Positions 19,554 through 32,634 of a stretch of DNA of 64,000 nt are shown one piece after another (the first letter of the stretch is position 1; each line of letters begins with the position of its first letter). Source of the DNA: an uncultured Actinomycetes bacterium (GTDB lineage Bacteria; Actinomycetota; Acidimicrobiia; IMCC26256; JANYLB01); NCBI GenBank assembly GCA_963829475.1, contig CAWHIU010000002.1, forward strand, positions 3,635-67,634, given 5' to 3'. The notes under the pieces are model-generated. The model saw only the letters and a program-made list of their open reading frames with translations, ran no database searches and was not told the origin of the DNA. Both the position numbers and the translations under genes were made by a program.

Positions 19554-19952
19554 TCAGTGGTCGACGCGCGGGACGTCCTGGCGGGGTGCGATGGAGCCAC
19601 CGATGACGCGCGGACCGCGGGGGAGCTCCTCCCGTTTGGCCCGGCCGATCTCGCGGCCGGTGGGGGGACGCCCGGCCTCGATCCCGGCGAGGCGCCGGTC
19701 GATGCGGACGAGGGCCTCGGCGAGGAGCGCCTGGACGCGGCGGTCGTGCTCGAGCTGCTCGGCCATGCGGTCGTAGGAGGCCGCGACCCGTTGCAGCGCG
19801 TCGACGAGGTCGGTGTCGCGGCCTCGGATCTCGTCGCGGAGCTGCTCGAGCTCCGGCGGGGACGCGGCCACCGGCGCGTCGGCCGGGACCGGCGACGGGG
19901 TTCCCGCAGCTGCTGCGGCTCGGGCCTTGTCTTTCGCGCGCTTGCGCTTCAT
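19554..19952 (-). CDS. Small (132 aa) basic N-terminus plus coiled-coil protein, upstream of and co-oriented with the large coiled-coil gene.
   Basis: MKRKRAKDKARAAAAA...ELEQLRDEIRGRDTDLVDALQRVAASYDRMAEQLEHDRRVQALLAEALVRIDRRLAGIE. It occupies the 5' portion of the long shadow ORF 19554-21035. Confidence 0.45.
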   Translation of the reverse strand: MKRKRAKDKARAAAAAGTPSPVPADAPVAASPPELEQLRDEIRGRDTDLVDALQRVAASYDRMAEQLEHDRRVQALLAEALVRIDRRLAGIEAGRPPTGREIGRAKREELPRGPRVIGGSIAPRQDVPRVDH

Positions 19953-20105
19953 GGCTCCCGCCGATCTCGGGTGACGTGCTCCTGGTTGACGTTGCGTGGG
20001 CCCCAAACGCCCGAATACCTCATAGCGGGACCAGACTACCGCGCTCCGCGCGCATCCGCCTGCCCGCGGGAACCGCTCGGCCCGGTGTCCCACCCGGGTG
20101 CGAGG

Positions 20106-23100
20106 ATGGGTTCTGTGACGCTCGCGCCCCCCAGCTCCGGTGCTCTGCGCCAGCTCTCCCTCGCCGAGGCGAGCGACGATCCGGGCGGGTTCCATCCGGC
20201 GGTCGCGGAGTGGTTCCGCCGGCGCTTCCCGCACGGTCCGACTCCTCCGCAGGCCGAGGCCTGGGTCCACATCGCGGCCGGATCCGACACGCTCGTCGCC
20301 GCGCCGACCGGCTCGGGCAAGACGCTCGCCGGCTTCCTCGTCGGCATCGACCGGCTCTACCGCGCGCACGAGGCGGGGGAGCAGGTCGTCGGGATCACAC
20401 GCGTCGTCTACGTGTCGCCGTTGAAGGCGCTCGCGGTCGACATCGCCGAGAACCTCGAGCGGCCGCTCGCCGAGATCGCGGCGATCGCGTCGGAGATCGG
20501 GATGTCGGCGCCCGACATCCGGGTCGCGGTGCGAACGGGCGACACGCCGGCGTCGGCGCGCGCGGCGATGCTGCGCAAGCCGCCGAGCTTCGTCGTCACC
20601 ACCCCCGAGTCGCTGTTCCTGCTCGTGACGAGCGCGAAGGGCCGCAACCTGTTGCGCTCGACCGAGACGGTGATCGTCGACGAGATCCACGCCGTCGCGC
20701 GTGACAAGCGCGGCGCGCACCTCGCGCTCACCCTCGAACGACTCGAGGCGCTGTGCGACACCCGACCGTGTCGGATCGGGCTCTCGGCCACGCAGAAGCC
20801 GGTCGAGACGGTGGCGCGCCTGCTCGTGGGTGACCGACCGTTGCCCGCGATCGTCGATGCCGGCCACCAACGGGATCTCGATCTCGCGCTCGAGCTGCCC
20901 GACGGCGAGCTCGAAGCCGTCACCTCGGCGGAGCAGATGGCCGACGTGCTCGACCAGATCGCCGAGCTGGTGAGACAGCACCGCACCACGCTCGTGTTCG
21001 TGAACACCCGCCGCCTCGCGGAGCGGCTCGCGCACCTGCTCGGCGAGCGGCTCGGCGCGAGCGCCGAAGGAGAAGCGAGCTCCGAGGCGAGAGTCGGCCG
21101 GGCGAGGATCTCGTCGCCGCGCACCACGGAAGCCTCTCGAAGGACCGCCGGCTCCGGGTCGAGCGCCGCCTGCGGGCCGGTGAGCTCAAGGTGCTCGTCG
21201 CGACGGCTTCGCTCGAGCTCGGCATCGACATCGGCCCGGTGGAGCTCGTGTGCCAGATCGGGTCGCCCCGCAGCATCGCGACGTTCCTCCAGCGGGTCGG
21301 CCGCTCCAACCACACCCGTGCGGGAACACCGAAGGGTCGCCTCTTCCCGCTGACGCGCGACGCGCTCGTCGAGTGCACCGCGCTGCTCGCCGCGGTCCGC
21401 GCCGGGCGGCTCGACGCGATCGTGCCGTCGCGCCTCCCGCTCGACATCGCGGCCCAGCACGTGATCGCGGAGACGTCGGCCCAGGAGTGGCGCACCGACG
21501 ATCTGTACGCGCTGGTCCGGCGGGCCTCGCACTACAACGACCTCACCCGTGAGCAGTTCGACGAGATCGTCGAGCTCGTCTCCAACGGTGTGGAGACCGG
21601 TCGTGGTCGGCGCGGCGCGTTCGTGCACCACGACGCGGTGAACGGGGAGCTGCGGGGCCGCACCGCCGGAGGGATCGCCGCGCTCACGTCGGGTGGTGCG
21701 ATCCCCGAGACCGGCGACTACCGGGTGATCGCCGCGCCCGACGACACGCTCATCGGCACCGTCAACGAGGACTGGGCCGTCGAGTCGATGTCGGGCGACA
21801 TCTTCCTGCTCGGCACCCACTCGTGGCAGATCATGAAGGTCGAGCCCGGGGTCGTGCGCGTCCGCGATGCCGGCGACGCCGCACCGACGGTGCCGTTCTG
21901 GACGGGGAGGCGCCGGCGCGCACCGCCGAGCTGTCGACCGAGGTGTCGGAGCTCCGGCAGGCGGATCGACGAGCTCCTCACCGCCGGCGATCCCGACGGC
22001 GCCCGGCGGTACGTGGTCGAGACCGCCGGGGTGAGCGTCGAGGCCGCCGCGATGGTCGTCGAGTACCTCGGCGTCGGTCGGGCGGTGCTCGGCGCGATGC
22101 CGACCCAAGCGCACGCTCGTGCTCGAACGCTTCTTCGACGAGACCGGTGGCATGCAGCTGGTGCTCCACTCGCCCTACGGCGGTCGCATCAACCGGTCGC
22201 TCGGCCTCGCGCTGCGCAAGAAGTTCTGCCGCACCTTCAACTTCGAGCTGCAGGCCGCGGCGACCGACGACGCGGTCGTGCTGTCACTCGGCCCGCACCA
22301 CAGCTTCCCGCTCGACGAGGTGCCTCGCTACGTCACGAGCGCGACGGTCGAGGACACGCTGCGCCAGGCGATCCTCGACTCGCCGATGTTCCTGTCGCGC
22401 TGGCGGTGGAACCTCAACCGGAGCCTGCTCATCCTGCGGTTCCGCAACGGGCGCAAGAACCCGCCACCGATCCAGCGCATGGAAGCCGACGACATGATGG
22501 CGGCGCTGTTCCCCCAGGCGGCGGCCTGCCAGGAGAACGTCACCGGCCCGATCGAGATCCCCGATCACCTCCTCGTCCGCCAGACGATCGCCGACACGCT
22601 GCACGAGGCGCTCGACGTCGACGGCGTGCGCGAGCTGCTCGAACGCATCGAGTCGGGCGCGGTCACCGTGCACTGCTGCGACACCACCGAACCGTCGGTG
22701 CTCGCGCACGAGATCCTCACCGCCGCGCCGTACGCGTTCCTCGACGACGAAGACGATCCGCAGAACCGCCGCACGAGCACGGTGCAGCTCCGACGCGGGT
22801 TGCAGGTCGATCTGACGACCATCGGATCGCTCGATCCCGGCCGCGATCGAGCGGGTGCACGACGAGATCACGCCCGACGCCCACGACGCCGACGATCTCC
22901 ACGATCTGCTCAGCGCGCTCGGTGCTCGCCCGACCCCGCGACGACTGGCGACCGTTGTGGGACGAGCTGGTCGAACGAGGTCGGGGTCGGGAGATCGATG
23001 CTCCGGGCCTCGACCGGATCGCGTCGACCACGAGCGGCTGTGGTGCACGACGGAGCGCCACGACGACGCGCAGCTCGCGCGCGGCGGCGACGAGGCCGCG

Positions 23101-24385
23101 GTCGCCGCGGTGCTGCGCGGGTACCTCGAGATCTCCGGGGTCACGACCGTCGACGCGCTCGCGGTCGCGACCACGCTGTCCGCGACGCGGGTGGAAGCCG
23201 GCCTCGCGGTGCTCGCAGAACGACGGCTTCGCGCTGCAGGGCTCGCTACTCGCGGTTCCGGCGCCGACGGGACGTCGAGTGGGTGGCTCGTCGTCTGCTC
23301 GCCCGCATGCACTCGTACTCGCGGGGCGCCCGTCGGTCCGTCGACGCAGGCGGTGAGCGCGCAGGACTTCATGCGGTTCCTCCTGCGGTGGCAGCACGTC
23401 GCGCCGGGTACCCGACTCTCCGGCGAGGCCGGGCTCGAGTCGGTGCTCGATCAGCTCCAGGGGTTCGAGGCCGCCGCGGTCGCCTGGGAGCCCGAGCTGC
23501 TCGCGTCGCGGGTGAACGGCTACCGGCCCGAGTTCCTCGACCGGCTCTGCCACGACGGCCAGATCCAGTGGCTGCGGCTCACGCCCCGGGCGCGTGACGC
23601 CGGCTCGGCCGACGCGCCGGTCGGTGCACCGTCGAAGGCGACTCGCATCGCGGTGGTGTTCCGCGCCGACACGCACTGGTTGCTCGACGCCGCGCGGGGC
23701 TCGGCGCCGCCGGTGGAGCCGAGCGTGGGCGCGACCGCCGAGGTGCTCGCGGTGTTGCGCGAACGCGGGGCCTGCTTCGCGGCCGAGCTCGGCGCGGCGA
23801 CGAACCGCTTGCCCGAAGACATCGAGCGCGCCCTGTGGGACGGCGTCGCGCGCGGGCTGATCACAGCCGACGGGTTCGGCGCGGTGCGGAGCCGGGTCAG
23901 CGGCCGCCCGCAAGCCCGACACCCGCCGACGATCCCGCCTGCTGCGCGGTGCGAGTCGCGCCACGCCGGCGTCCGGGCGCTGGTCGGTCGTGCCGGCGAA
24001 CACGAACGACGTCGACCGCGACGAGCTGGCCGAAGCGGTGGCCGAGCTGCTGCTCCGGCGGTGGGGCGTGGTCTTCCGCGACGTCGCGGTGCGCGACTCG
24101 ATCCGGCTGCCGTGGCGCGAGGTGCAGTGGGCGCTGCGGCGGCTCGAGGACCGCGGGCTGGTACGCGGTGGTCGGTTCGTCACGGGGTTCTCGGGTGAGC
24201 AGTACGCGCTCCCCGAAGCGGTCGAGCAGCTCGCCCACGTCCGCACGCTCGAGCGTGGCGGCGAACGGGTCACCGTGAACGCGGTCGACCCGTTGAACCT
24301 TGTCGGCGTGATCGTTCCCGGTGCGACCGTGCCCGCGGTGCGCACCAACCGCGTCGTCTACGTCGACGGGATTCCCGAGGCCTGA
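20106..24385 (+). pseudogene. lhr: Lhr-type large ATP-dependent helicase (~1425 codons), with at least 5 frame interruptions.
   Basis: FHPAVAEWFRRRFPHGPTPPQAEAWVHIAAGSDTLVAAPTGSGKTLAGF and VIVDEIHAV are present. Colinear fragments are ORFs 19557-21353, 21191-23356, 22119-23597, 22855-24198 and 23990-24385, which ends ...VVYVDGIPEA*. Confidence 0.85.
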
Positions 24386-24481
24386 TCGGGCGCTCAGCCA
24401 ATCCGACGCACGGCGGATGCTTTGCCCGCGGTTGACCTCGCCGCGATGGGTGTGTGACCGGCTGCTCCCTAGGTTCGCCAG

Positions 24482-26050
24482 GTGATCGAGAGCCCAGCCA
24501 CCCTGCCCCGACCATTCGACCAGCCACTCCCGGGTTACGCCCCGACGCCGGAAGCGCCTTTCCCCGACGCGTCCCCCGACGCGCCGGCCCCGGATGCGCC
24601 GCGCCGAGGTCGGGTCCGCGCCACCCGCCTCGCGCTCTCGGCTCTCGTCGGAGTCGGGCTCGTGGTCCGCTTGTGGGAGCTCGGGCGGAACCGGTTCGGC
24701 TACGACGAGTCGTTCACCGCGATGGCGGGCCGCATGCCGTTCGGGAGCCTGTTCGCCTACCTCCGTGCGCGCGACTCGCATCCCCCGCTCGACTACCTCC
24801 TCCGCGCGCCCCTGTCTCGACTCGGATCCACTGTTCTCGTGATGCGGTTGCCGTCGGTGGCCTGTTCGGTGCTCGCCGTCGCGCTCTTCGCGTGGTGGAT
24901 GCGTCGATGGGGGATCGCGGGAGTGGTCGCGACCGGCCTGCTCGCGGTCAACACGTTCCAGGTCGTGCACGGCCGCAACTTCCGGATGTACGCCGACCTC
25001 GAGCTGATCGGCGTGGCGACGGTGGTGCTGGCCGACTCGTGGATCCGTCGGCCCCGCCGGTGGCACGCAGCGGCGATCGGCGGTCTCGTGCTCGTCGGTC
25101 TGCTCACGCACGTCCAGATGTTCCTGCTCGGTGCCGGCCTCGTCGCGCTCGCCGGCATCCGTACCGACCGACACGCCTGGCGTTGGCGCGCCGGGATCGC
25201 CGCAGGTGGTCTCGGCTGGGCGCTGCTCTGGGGCCCGTCGTTCCTCGTGCAGAGCCGCGCCGGGCACTCCGACTGGATCCCGCGGACCACGCTCGCGGGG
25301 CTGATGCACACGGTCGGGTCGCTCGTCACGACCGACGTTGCATGGCACGCGCCCGCCGTCGTCGGAGTCGTCGTCGGCGCAGTGTTCCTCGTCCGAACCG
25401 ACCGAAAGCTCGGCCGGGTATGGGTCTGCTGCGGACTCGTCCCGGTCGCGCTCGCGGCCTTCGCCGGGTTGTTCGCGCCGGTCCTGCTCGATCGGACCTT
25501 GACGGTGGTGTCATGGGCTCCGCTGGTCGCGCTGGGGTTTCTCGTTGCCGGAATCGCGAAGCGATCGCGGGCCGACGCCTTCACGCCCGTCGCGATCGCC
25601 GCGACGGTCGCGACCGCGGTGACGATTGCGGCCCTCGTGTTCGTGATGGTTCCCGCGACGGTGGGCGCGGTCACGTCGCGCTCGGTGCCCGACGTCGTGT
25701 TGGGTCACGTGCAGCAGGTGGCCCGACCGGGGGATGTCGTCGCGATCTTTCCAGCCGGCCGGATGCACGAGGTCGTGTGGACCCTCGGCGTGCGCGGTGG
25801 CACGAGCTACCACGACGTCCCGGTCACCGGGATCAGCCACACCCGGGGGCTGGCGCTCGGCTCGGTACCGCTGACCGGTCGCATGTGGCTGCTGCACTGG
25901 AGTCACCGCCGGCTCCAGCTCCCCGACTGGCCGCAGTGCGCGCCGAAGTGGCGAGGCCCCGGCGCGACCGTGCGATGCCTCGTTCCGCCCCCCGGCGCGC
26001 TGCACGTCGATCCACGGCCGTACTCGTGGGCGAAGGTCGCGCCCCGGTGA
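24482..26050 (+). CDS. Polytopic GT-C-type (ArnT/PMT-like, GT39-like) membrane glycosyltransferase.
   Basis: 522 aa, intact, with many TM segments. An early loop motif reads YDESFTAMAG...DSHPPLDYLL. The call is from general family resemblance only. Confidence 0.5.
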   Translation: MIESPATLPRPFDQPLPGYAPTPEAPFPDASPDAPAPDAPRRGRVRATRLALSALVGVGLVVRLWELGRNRFGYDESFTAMAGRMPFGSLFAYLRARDSHPPLDYLLRAPLSRLGSTVLVMRLPSVACSVLAVALFAWWMRRWGIAGVVATGLLAVNTFQVVHGRNFRMYADLELIGVATVVLADSWIRRPRRWHAAAIGGLVLVGLLTHVQMFLLGAGLVALAGIRTDRHAWRWRAGIAAGGLGWALLWGPSFLVQSRAGHSDWIPRTTLAGLMHTVGSLVTTDVAWHAPAVVGVVVGAVFLVRTDRKLGRVWVCCGLVPVALAAFAGLFAPVLLDRTLTVVSWAPLVALGFLVAGIAKRSRADAFTPVAIAATVATAVTIAALVFVMVPATVGAVTSRSVPDVVLGHVQQVARPGDVVAIFPAGRMHEVVWTLGVRGGTSYHDVPVTGISHTRGLALGSVPLTGRMWLLHWSHRRLQLPDWPQCAPKWRGPGATVRCLVPPPGALHVDPRPYSWAKVAPR

Positions 26051-26118
26051 CCGACCCCGCCCCGGCGGTCACCGTCGGGGTCGAGGCAGGGGTCGAGGCC
26101 CCCGTACGCTGTGACCCG

Positions 26119-26813
26119 ATGGGCCCGCAGACGATCTTGGTGGTCGAGGACGACGAGCCGATCGCCCGCGGCACTTGCCGGTGCGCTCGAGTCCCAGGGC
26201 TACACCATCGGGCGGGCCGCGACCGGCCGCGGCGCGTTGCGAAGCGTCCGCGCCGAGCCGCCCGAGTTGGTGCTCCTCGATCTCGGACTTCCCGACATCG
26301 ACGGGGTCGAGGTGTGCCGGCTCCTGCGGGAGCTGGATCCCGTCCTGCCGATCGTGATCCTCACCGCCCGTCACGACGAGATCGACGTCGTGCTCGGGCT
26401 CGATGCCGGCGCCGACGACTACGTGACGAAGCCGTTCCGGCTCGCGGAGCTGCTCGCGCGGGTCCGTGCGCATCTCCGTCAACCCCGGATCGAGGATCAG
26501 GCAATCCTCCGCGTCGGCGACATCGAGGTCGATCGCGGTGCCCGTCGGGTTCGCGTCGGCGGCGCCGAGCTCGACCTGCGGGCCAAGGAGTTCGACCTCT
26601 TGGCGTTCCTCATGAGCGAAGCCGGCAGCGCGGTCACGCGCGAGCGGATCATGAGCGAGGTCTGGGACGAGCACTGGTTCGGCTCGACGAAGACGCTCGA
26701 CATGCACGTGTCGTCGCTGCGGCGGAAGCTGGCCGAGGTCGCCGGCGACGACGTCGGAGCCCGGAGTCATCACGACGCTCCGAGGAGTGGGATATCGCTT
26801 CGAGGTTCCGTGA
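26119..26813 (+). pseudogene. OmpR/PhoB-family response regulator, with two frame interruptions.
   Basis: [37 protein letters not shown] and the winged-helix end ITTLRGVGYRFEVP* are in different frames. The stop overlaps the kinase start (GTGA at 26810-26813). Confidence 0.8.
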
Positions 26814-28093
26814 GGCGGCGGATCCTGGTCGCGATCATCGCCGCGACCACCGTCGGGGTCGTCGTGTTCGCGGTTCCGCTCGGGTTCGCGCTGGCGAAGC
26901 TGTACCACGAGGAAGAAGTCGTACAGCTGGAACGCACCGCAGCAGAGGCCGCGGAGCGGGTTCCGCACTCGTATCCCGACAGCACCACGCCGATCGTGCT
27001 GCCGAAGCCGAACCGCCCCCATTCGGTCTCGATGTACGACGCGACCGCGCGACGGGTCGCCGGTCACGGACCCGCGGTCGGCGACTTCGTGGTGCGTGAG
27101 GCCCTCAACGGTGACGCACACAATCGGTACACCCACACGTCGTTGGTGTTCGCGACCCCGGTCATCCGGGGCAACGGTGTCGTGGCCGCGTTGCGGGTCG
27201 CGACTCCTCTCAGCACCGTGTCGAACCGGACGCGTACCGCGGTGCTCGTGATGCTCGGGATCGGTGTGCTCGCGATCGGCGCGAGCGCGCTGCTCGCGAC
27301 CTGGCAGTCGCGTCGACTCGCTCGACCCGTGACCCGACTTGCCGAGGAGGCGATACGCCTCGGTGACGGCGACTTCACCATTCGCAGCAACTCGAGTGGC
27401 ATCGACGAGGTCGATGCGGTGTCGCGCGCACTCGAACAGACCGCGGGGAGGCTCGACGATCTCCTGACCCGCGAGCGCGCGTTCAGTGCCGACGCGTCGC
27501 ACCAGCTCCGCACGCCCCTGACCGGCCTTCGCCTGACCCTCGAGACCGCGGCCCTCGATCCGGGCGCCGATCGCGACGTCGCGATCTTCACCGCCATCGA
27601 CGAGGTCGACCGGCTCGAGCGCACGATCGACGATCTGCTCGAGCTCGCCCGAGAGGTCCCGGCGGAGCGACCGCGGCTCGATCTCGGCGGCTTCCTCGCC
27701 GGACTCGACCGCGACTGGGATGCCCGCTTGCTCGGATCCGGCCGGGAGCTCATGCTCGAGATCGACCGCGCCCTCCCCTCGGTACCGATCTCCGATCGCG
27801 CGCTCCGTCAGATCCTCGACGTGTTGATCGACAACGCCCGCATCCACGGGGCCGGGCGGATCACCGTCCGGGCGCGCCGCGCGCCTCCGGGCGTGGTCGT
27901 CGAGGTCTCCGACGAGGGCGACGGCATCAACGGCGAGACTGCACAGATCTTCGAGCGGCGCGGGCCCGGGTCGTCGCGCCACGGGATCGGACTGGCATTG
28001 GCCCGGTCGCTCGCCGACGCCGAGGGGGCTCGGCTCGTGCTCGAACACGCAGCCCCACACCCGATCTTCGCAGTCGTGATGCCGACCGCGTAG
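26810..28093 (+). CDS. Sensor histidine kinase (2 TM, HAMP, HisKA, HATPase).
   Basis: FSADASHQLRTPLTGL (H-box), DNARIHG (N-box), DEGDGI and GIGLALA (G-boxes). Confidence 0.85.
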   Translation: MRRRILVAIIAATTVGVVVFAVPLGFALAKLYHEEEVVQLERTAAEAAERVPHSYPDSTTPIVLPKPNRPHSVSMYDATARRVAGHGPAVGDFVVREALNGDAHNRYTHTSLVFATPVIRGNGVVAALRVATPLSTVSNRTRTAVLVMLGIGVLAIGASALLATWQSRRLARPVTRLAEEAIRLGDGDFTIRSNSSGIDEVDAVSRALEQTAGRLDDLLTRERAFSADASHQLRTPLTGLRLTLETAALDPGADRDVAIFTAIDEVDRLERTIDDLLELAREVPAERPRLDLGGFLAGLDRDWDARLLGSGRELMLEIDRALPSVPISDRALRQILDVLIDNARIHGAGRITVRARRAPPGVVVEVSDEGDGINGETAQIFERRGPGSSRHGIGLALARSLADAEGARLVLEHAAPHPIFAVVMPTA

Positions 28094-28181
28094 CCTCTTG
28101 GACCTGGGCCGCTTCCGGCCGACGTCGAGGATTTACCCCCGGTTGACCGGTCCCGCCCCGGGTCCTGACCACCCATTCGAC

Positions 28182-29499
28182 ATGGTGGTGGCGATGACCG
28201 GAACGCTGATCCCGTCCGCGTCGACTCGGTTCGCGCCCAGCACGTCCGCGGGTTTCGGCGGGGGTCGTCGCGGCCTCCCGATCGCAATGATCGCGGCCAA
28301 CCTCGGGCTGCTCGCCCTCGCGCTCGGCGATGAACCTCGCGCTCTACGGACACGGCGGTCACAGCTCCTTGAGTGACCTGCCCCGGGTCTTCCTCCACCG
28401 CGGTGTCGGACCGGGATACCTGCCGTACATCGACCGGGTGGTCGAGTATCCCGTCGGCGCAGGGATGCTCCTGTATCTGGCGAGCCTCGCCGCGCCGACG
28501 GCCCTCGGTGTGTTTCTCGTGACCGCCGCCGGAGGCGCTGCGCTGAGCGTCGGGATCACCGTTGCGCTCGAGCGACGGTGCGGCGGCCGCGCGTGGCGCT
28601 GGGCGATCGGGACCCCGGTGCTGCTGTACGCGTTCCAGAACTGGGATCTGTTCGCGATCGCGGCGATGTTGGTGGGAGTGTTCGCGTTCACCCGCGGGCG
28701 CGACGGCCGTGCCGGCGCGGCACTCGGGCTCGGCGCTGCGATCAAGCTGTTTCCCGCGATGCTGGTACCGCCCTTGGCGGCCTACCGCTGGGTGCGCGGT
28801 GACCGGCGCGGTGCCATCCGGCTCGTGGGTGCGAGCGCGCTCGTGTTCGGTGTGCTCAACCTGCCGTTCGTCGCCGCCAACCCGACCGGTTGGGCGTGGA
28901 CCTTCTCGTTCCAGGGCGCGCGGCAGGCGACCTGGGGGACGGTGTGGTTCTGGTTCGACCGCATGGTCGGCATTCCCGTTCTCGGTCCGGGGGCGGCCCA
29001 GCTCGCCAACGTGCTCTCGGCCGTTGCACTCGGAGTCGGGTTGGTCTGGTTGCTCCGACGGGTGGCGCGCAGCCGCGCCGACGTCTCACCAGAAGCAGCG
29101 ATCGGATTCGCAGCCGCCGCAGTCGCGATCTTCCTCCTCACGAACAAGGTGTTCTCACCGACCTACGACGTGTGGCTGGTCGTGTTCTTCGTGCTCCTCC
29201 CGCTCAGTCGGTGGATCTGGGTCGCATTCTGCGCGGTCGATCTGGCCGTGTTCGCGACCGTCTACGGCTGGTTCCACGGTGTCACGTCGACCGCGGTTCT
29301 TCGCGTCGTGCTCCCGGTGCTCGTGGTCATGCGAGCGATGATCTTCCTGCGCGTGATCGCAGTCGCGACGCGTCGCCGGCTCGACCTCCAGCCCGAACCC
29401 ACCCCCGAGCGTCGATCTCGTGAACTTGTCGCGTGCGGTGACCCCAGAGCGCGCGTGACGCGACAAGTTCGGTGCGGGCGGGGTGGGTGGGAACGCTAG
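28182..29499 (+). pseudogene. GT87/DUF2029-like polytopic membrane glycosyltransferase. One frame interruption lies near 28328, and the 3' end runs into a repeat element.
   Basis: The N-terminal TM segment (LPIAMIAANLGLLALALG) is in ORF 28098-28376. The main ORF 28330-29499 contains LPYIDRVVEYPVGAGMLLY and about 9 further TM segments. Confidence 0.5.
29421..29490 (+). repeat. Hairpin plus G-tract element, copy 1.
   Basis: GAACTTGTCGCG-25 nt-CGCGACAAGTTC is followed by GGGCGGGGTGGGTGGG. It lies between the convergent GT87-like and tesB genes. A near-identical element is at 34695-34763. Confidence 0.8.
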
Positions 29500-30300
29500 C
29501 GACGGATACGGCCCAATCCCTCTTGAGCGACCGTCGCGACGTGGATGCCGTCGCGGTCGAACACCCGGGCGATGCCCATCCCGCGTGCGTTGGCGACGCC
29601 GTGACCGTCGATCGAGAAGAGGAGCCACTCGTCGGCCCGGACCCGACGGTGGAACCAGATCGCGTGATCCACGCTCGCCGTCATCAGCGAGTCCCAGTTG
29701 CCACTCGACGGATGCGGGAGCAGTGCGACGCGGAGCAGGTGTTGGTCGGAGAGGTACGCCAGCGCGCAGGCCTGGACCAGAGGGTCGTCGCTGAGCGGTC
29801 TCGGGGACGCGCATCCACGAGAGCTCGTGCGGCTGCGGATCACGACGCGTGCTGACCACGCGGAGGTCGATGTAGAGAGTGGTCTCCTCGGGTTCGATGG
29901 CCTCGGGACCGGGTACACCGGCCGGCATCTCGACCCGCTGCACGTCGGCGCCGTCTTCGTGCACCTGGAAGCTCGCGATCAGGTTCAGGATGGCGCCACC
30001 GGCCTGCGACGCGATCACCTGGCGGGTGCAGAAGGACCGACCGTCGCGCACCCGATCGACCTCGAACAGCACCGGCGCCTTCTCGTCGCCGGGTCGTACG
30101 AAGTACGCGTGCAGTGAGTGAACCCGGTACTCCGGCTCGACCGTGAGCCCAGCGGCGCGCAAGGCCTGGGCGACCACCTGGCCGCCGTAGATCCGGTCCC
30201 AACCGATCGCGGGCGACACCCCGAGGAAGGCATCGGGCTTCACGACCTCGAGATCGAGCAGGGAGACGACGTCGGTGACGGGATGGAGAAAGACGCTCAT
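29496..30300 (-). pseudogene. tesB: Acyl-CoA thioesterase II, with one frame interruption near 29820.
   Basis: IYGGQVVAQAL...VHSLHAYFVRPGD...VDRVRDGRSFCTRQV is in ORF 29155-30300. ...ALAYLSDQHLL...SVDHAIWFHR...LLFSIDGHGVANARG is in ORF 29496-29918. Confidence 0.8.
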
Positions 30301-30584
30301 GACCCCCAGGCTGTCACGCGCGGGTCACCGTCCGGCGGCTCCGCCTACTTCTCCTACCCTCGGGTCGAATCCGGCTGCGCCGCCTCGACCGCTCACCGGT
30401 TCGAGTGCCGTGTCACCGTCCGGCGGCTCCGCCTACTTCTCCTGTCCGGGTCGAATCTGGCTGCGCCGCCTCGACCGCTCACCGGTTCGAGTGCCGTGTC
30501 ACCGTCCGGCGGCTCCGCCTACTTCTCCTGTCCGGGTCGAATCCGGCTGCGCCGCCTCGACCGCTCACCGGTTCGAGCGCCGTG

Positions 30585-32449
<1,865 letters not shown>

Positions 32450-32634
32450 TGCCGGCCTTTCAGGGGCCCGAGTCGGGCCGGGGTTCGCGGGGTGCCGCCG
32501 GGGGCAGCGGCACGAGAATCGACCAGTCTAGAGGCTCGGAGACCGATTCTCGGACCGGGTGCTACCGCCGGGGTCGGAACGGGCCGAGATGGCGGTATCG
32601 TCAGGTGTTCGCGACGTCGCAAGGGAGGCGTGCT

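Noticed and set aside
26111-28093. A single 660-aa fused response-regulator/histidine-kinase ORF, as given in the ORF track.
   Set aside because: The regulator's true N-terminus (MGPQTILVVEDDEP) and C-terminus (GVGYRFEVP*) lie in another frame. Its stop overlaps a GTG start for the kinase (GTGA). This is two genes joined by frame breaks, not a hybrid kinase.
30360-30400. tRNA or tRNA fragment, suggested by the T-arm-like GGGTCGAATCCGG in each repeat unit (also present in the 56058 array).
   Set aside because: Only a 3-4 bp stem around a GTCGAAT loop is present. There is no acceptor stem, D-arm, anticodon arm or CCA context. I found no complete cloverleaf anywhere in the window.
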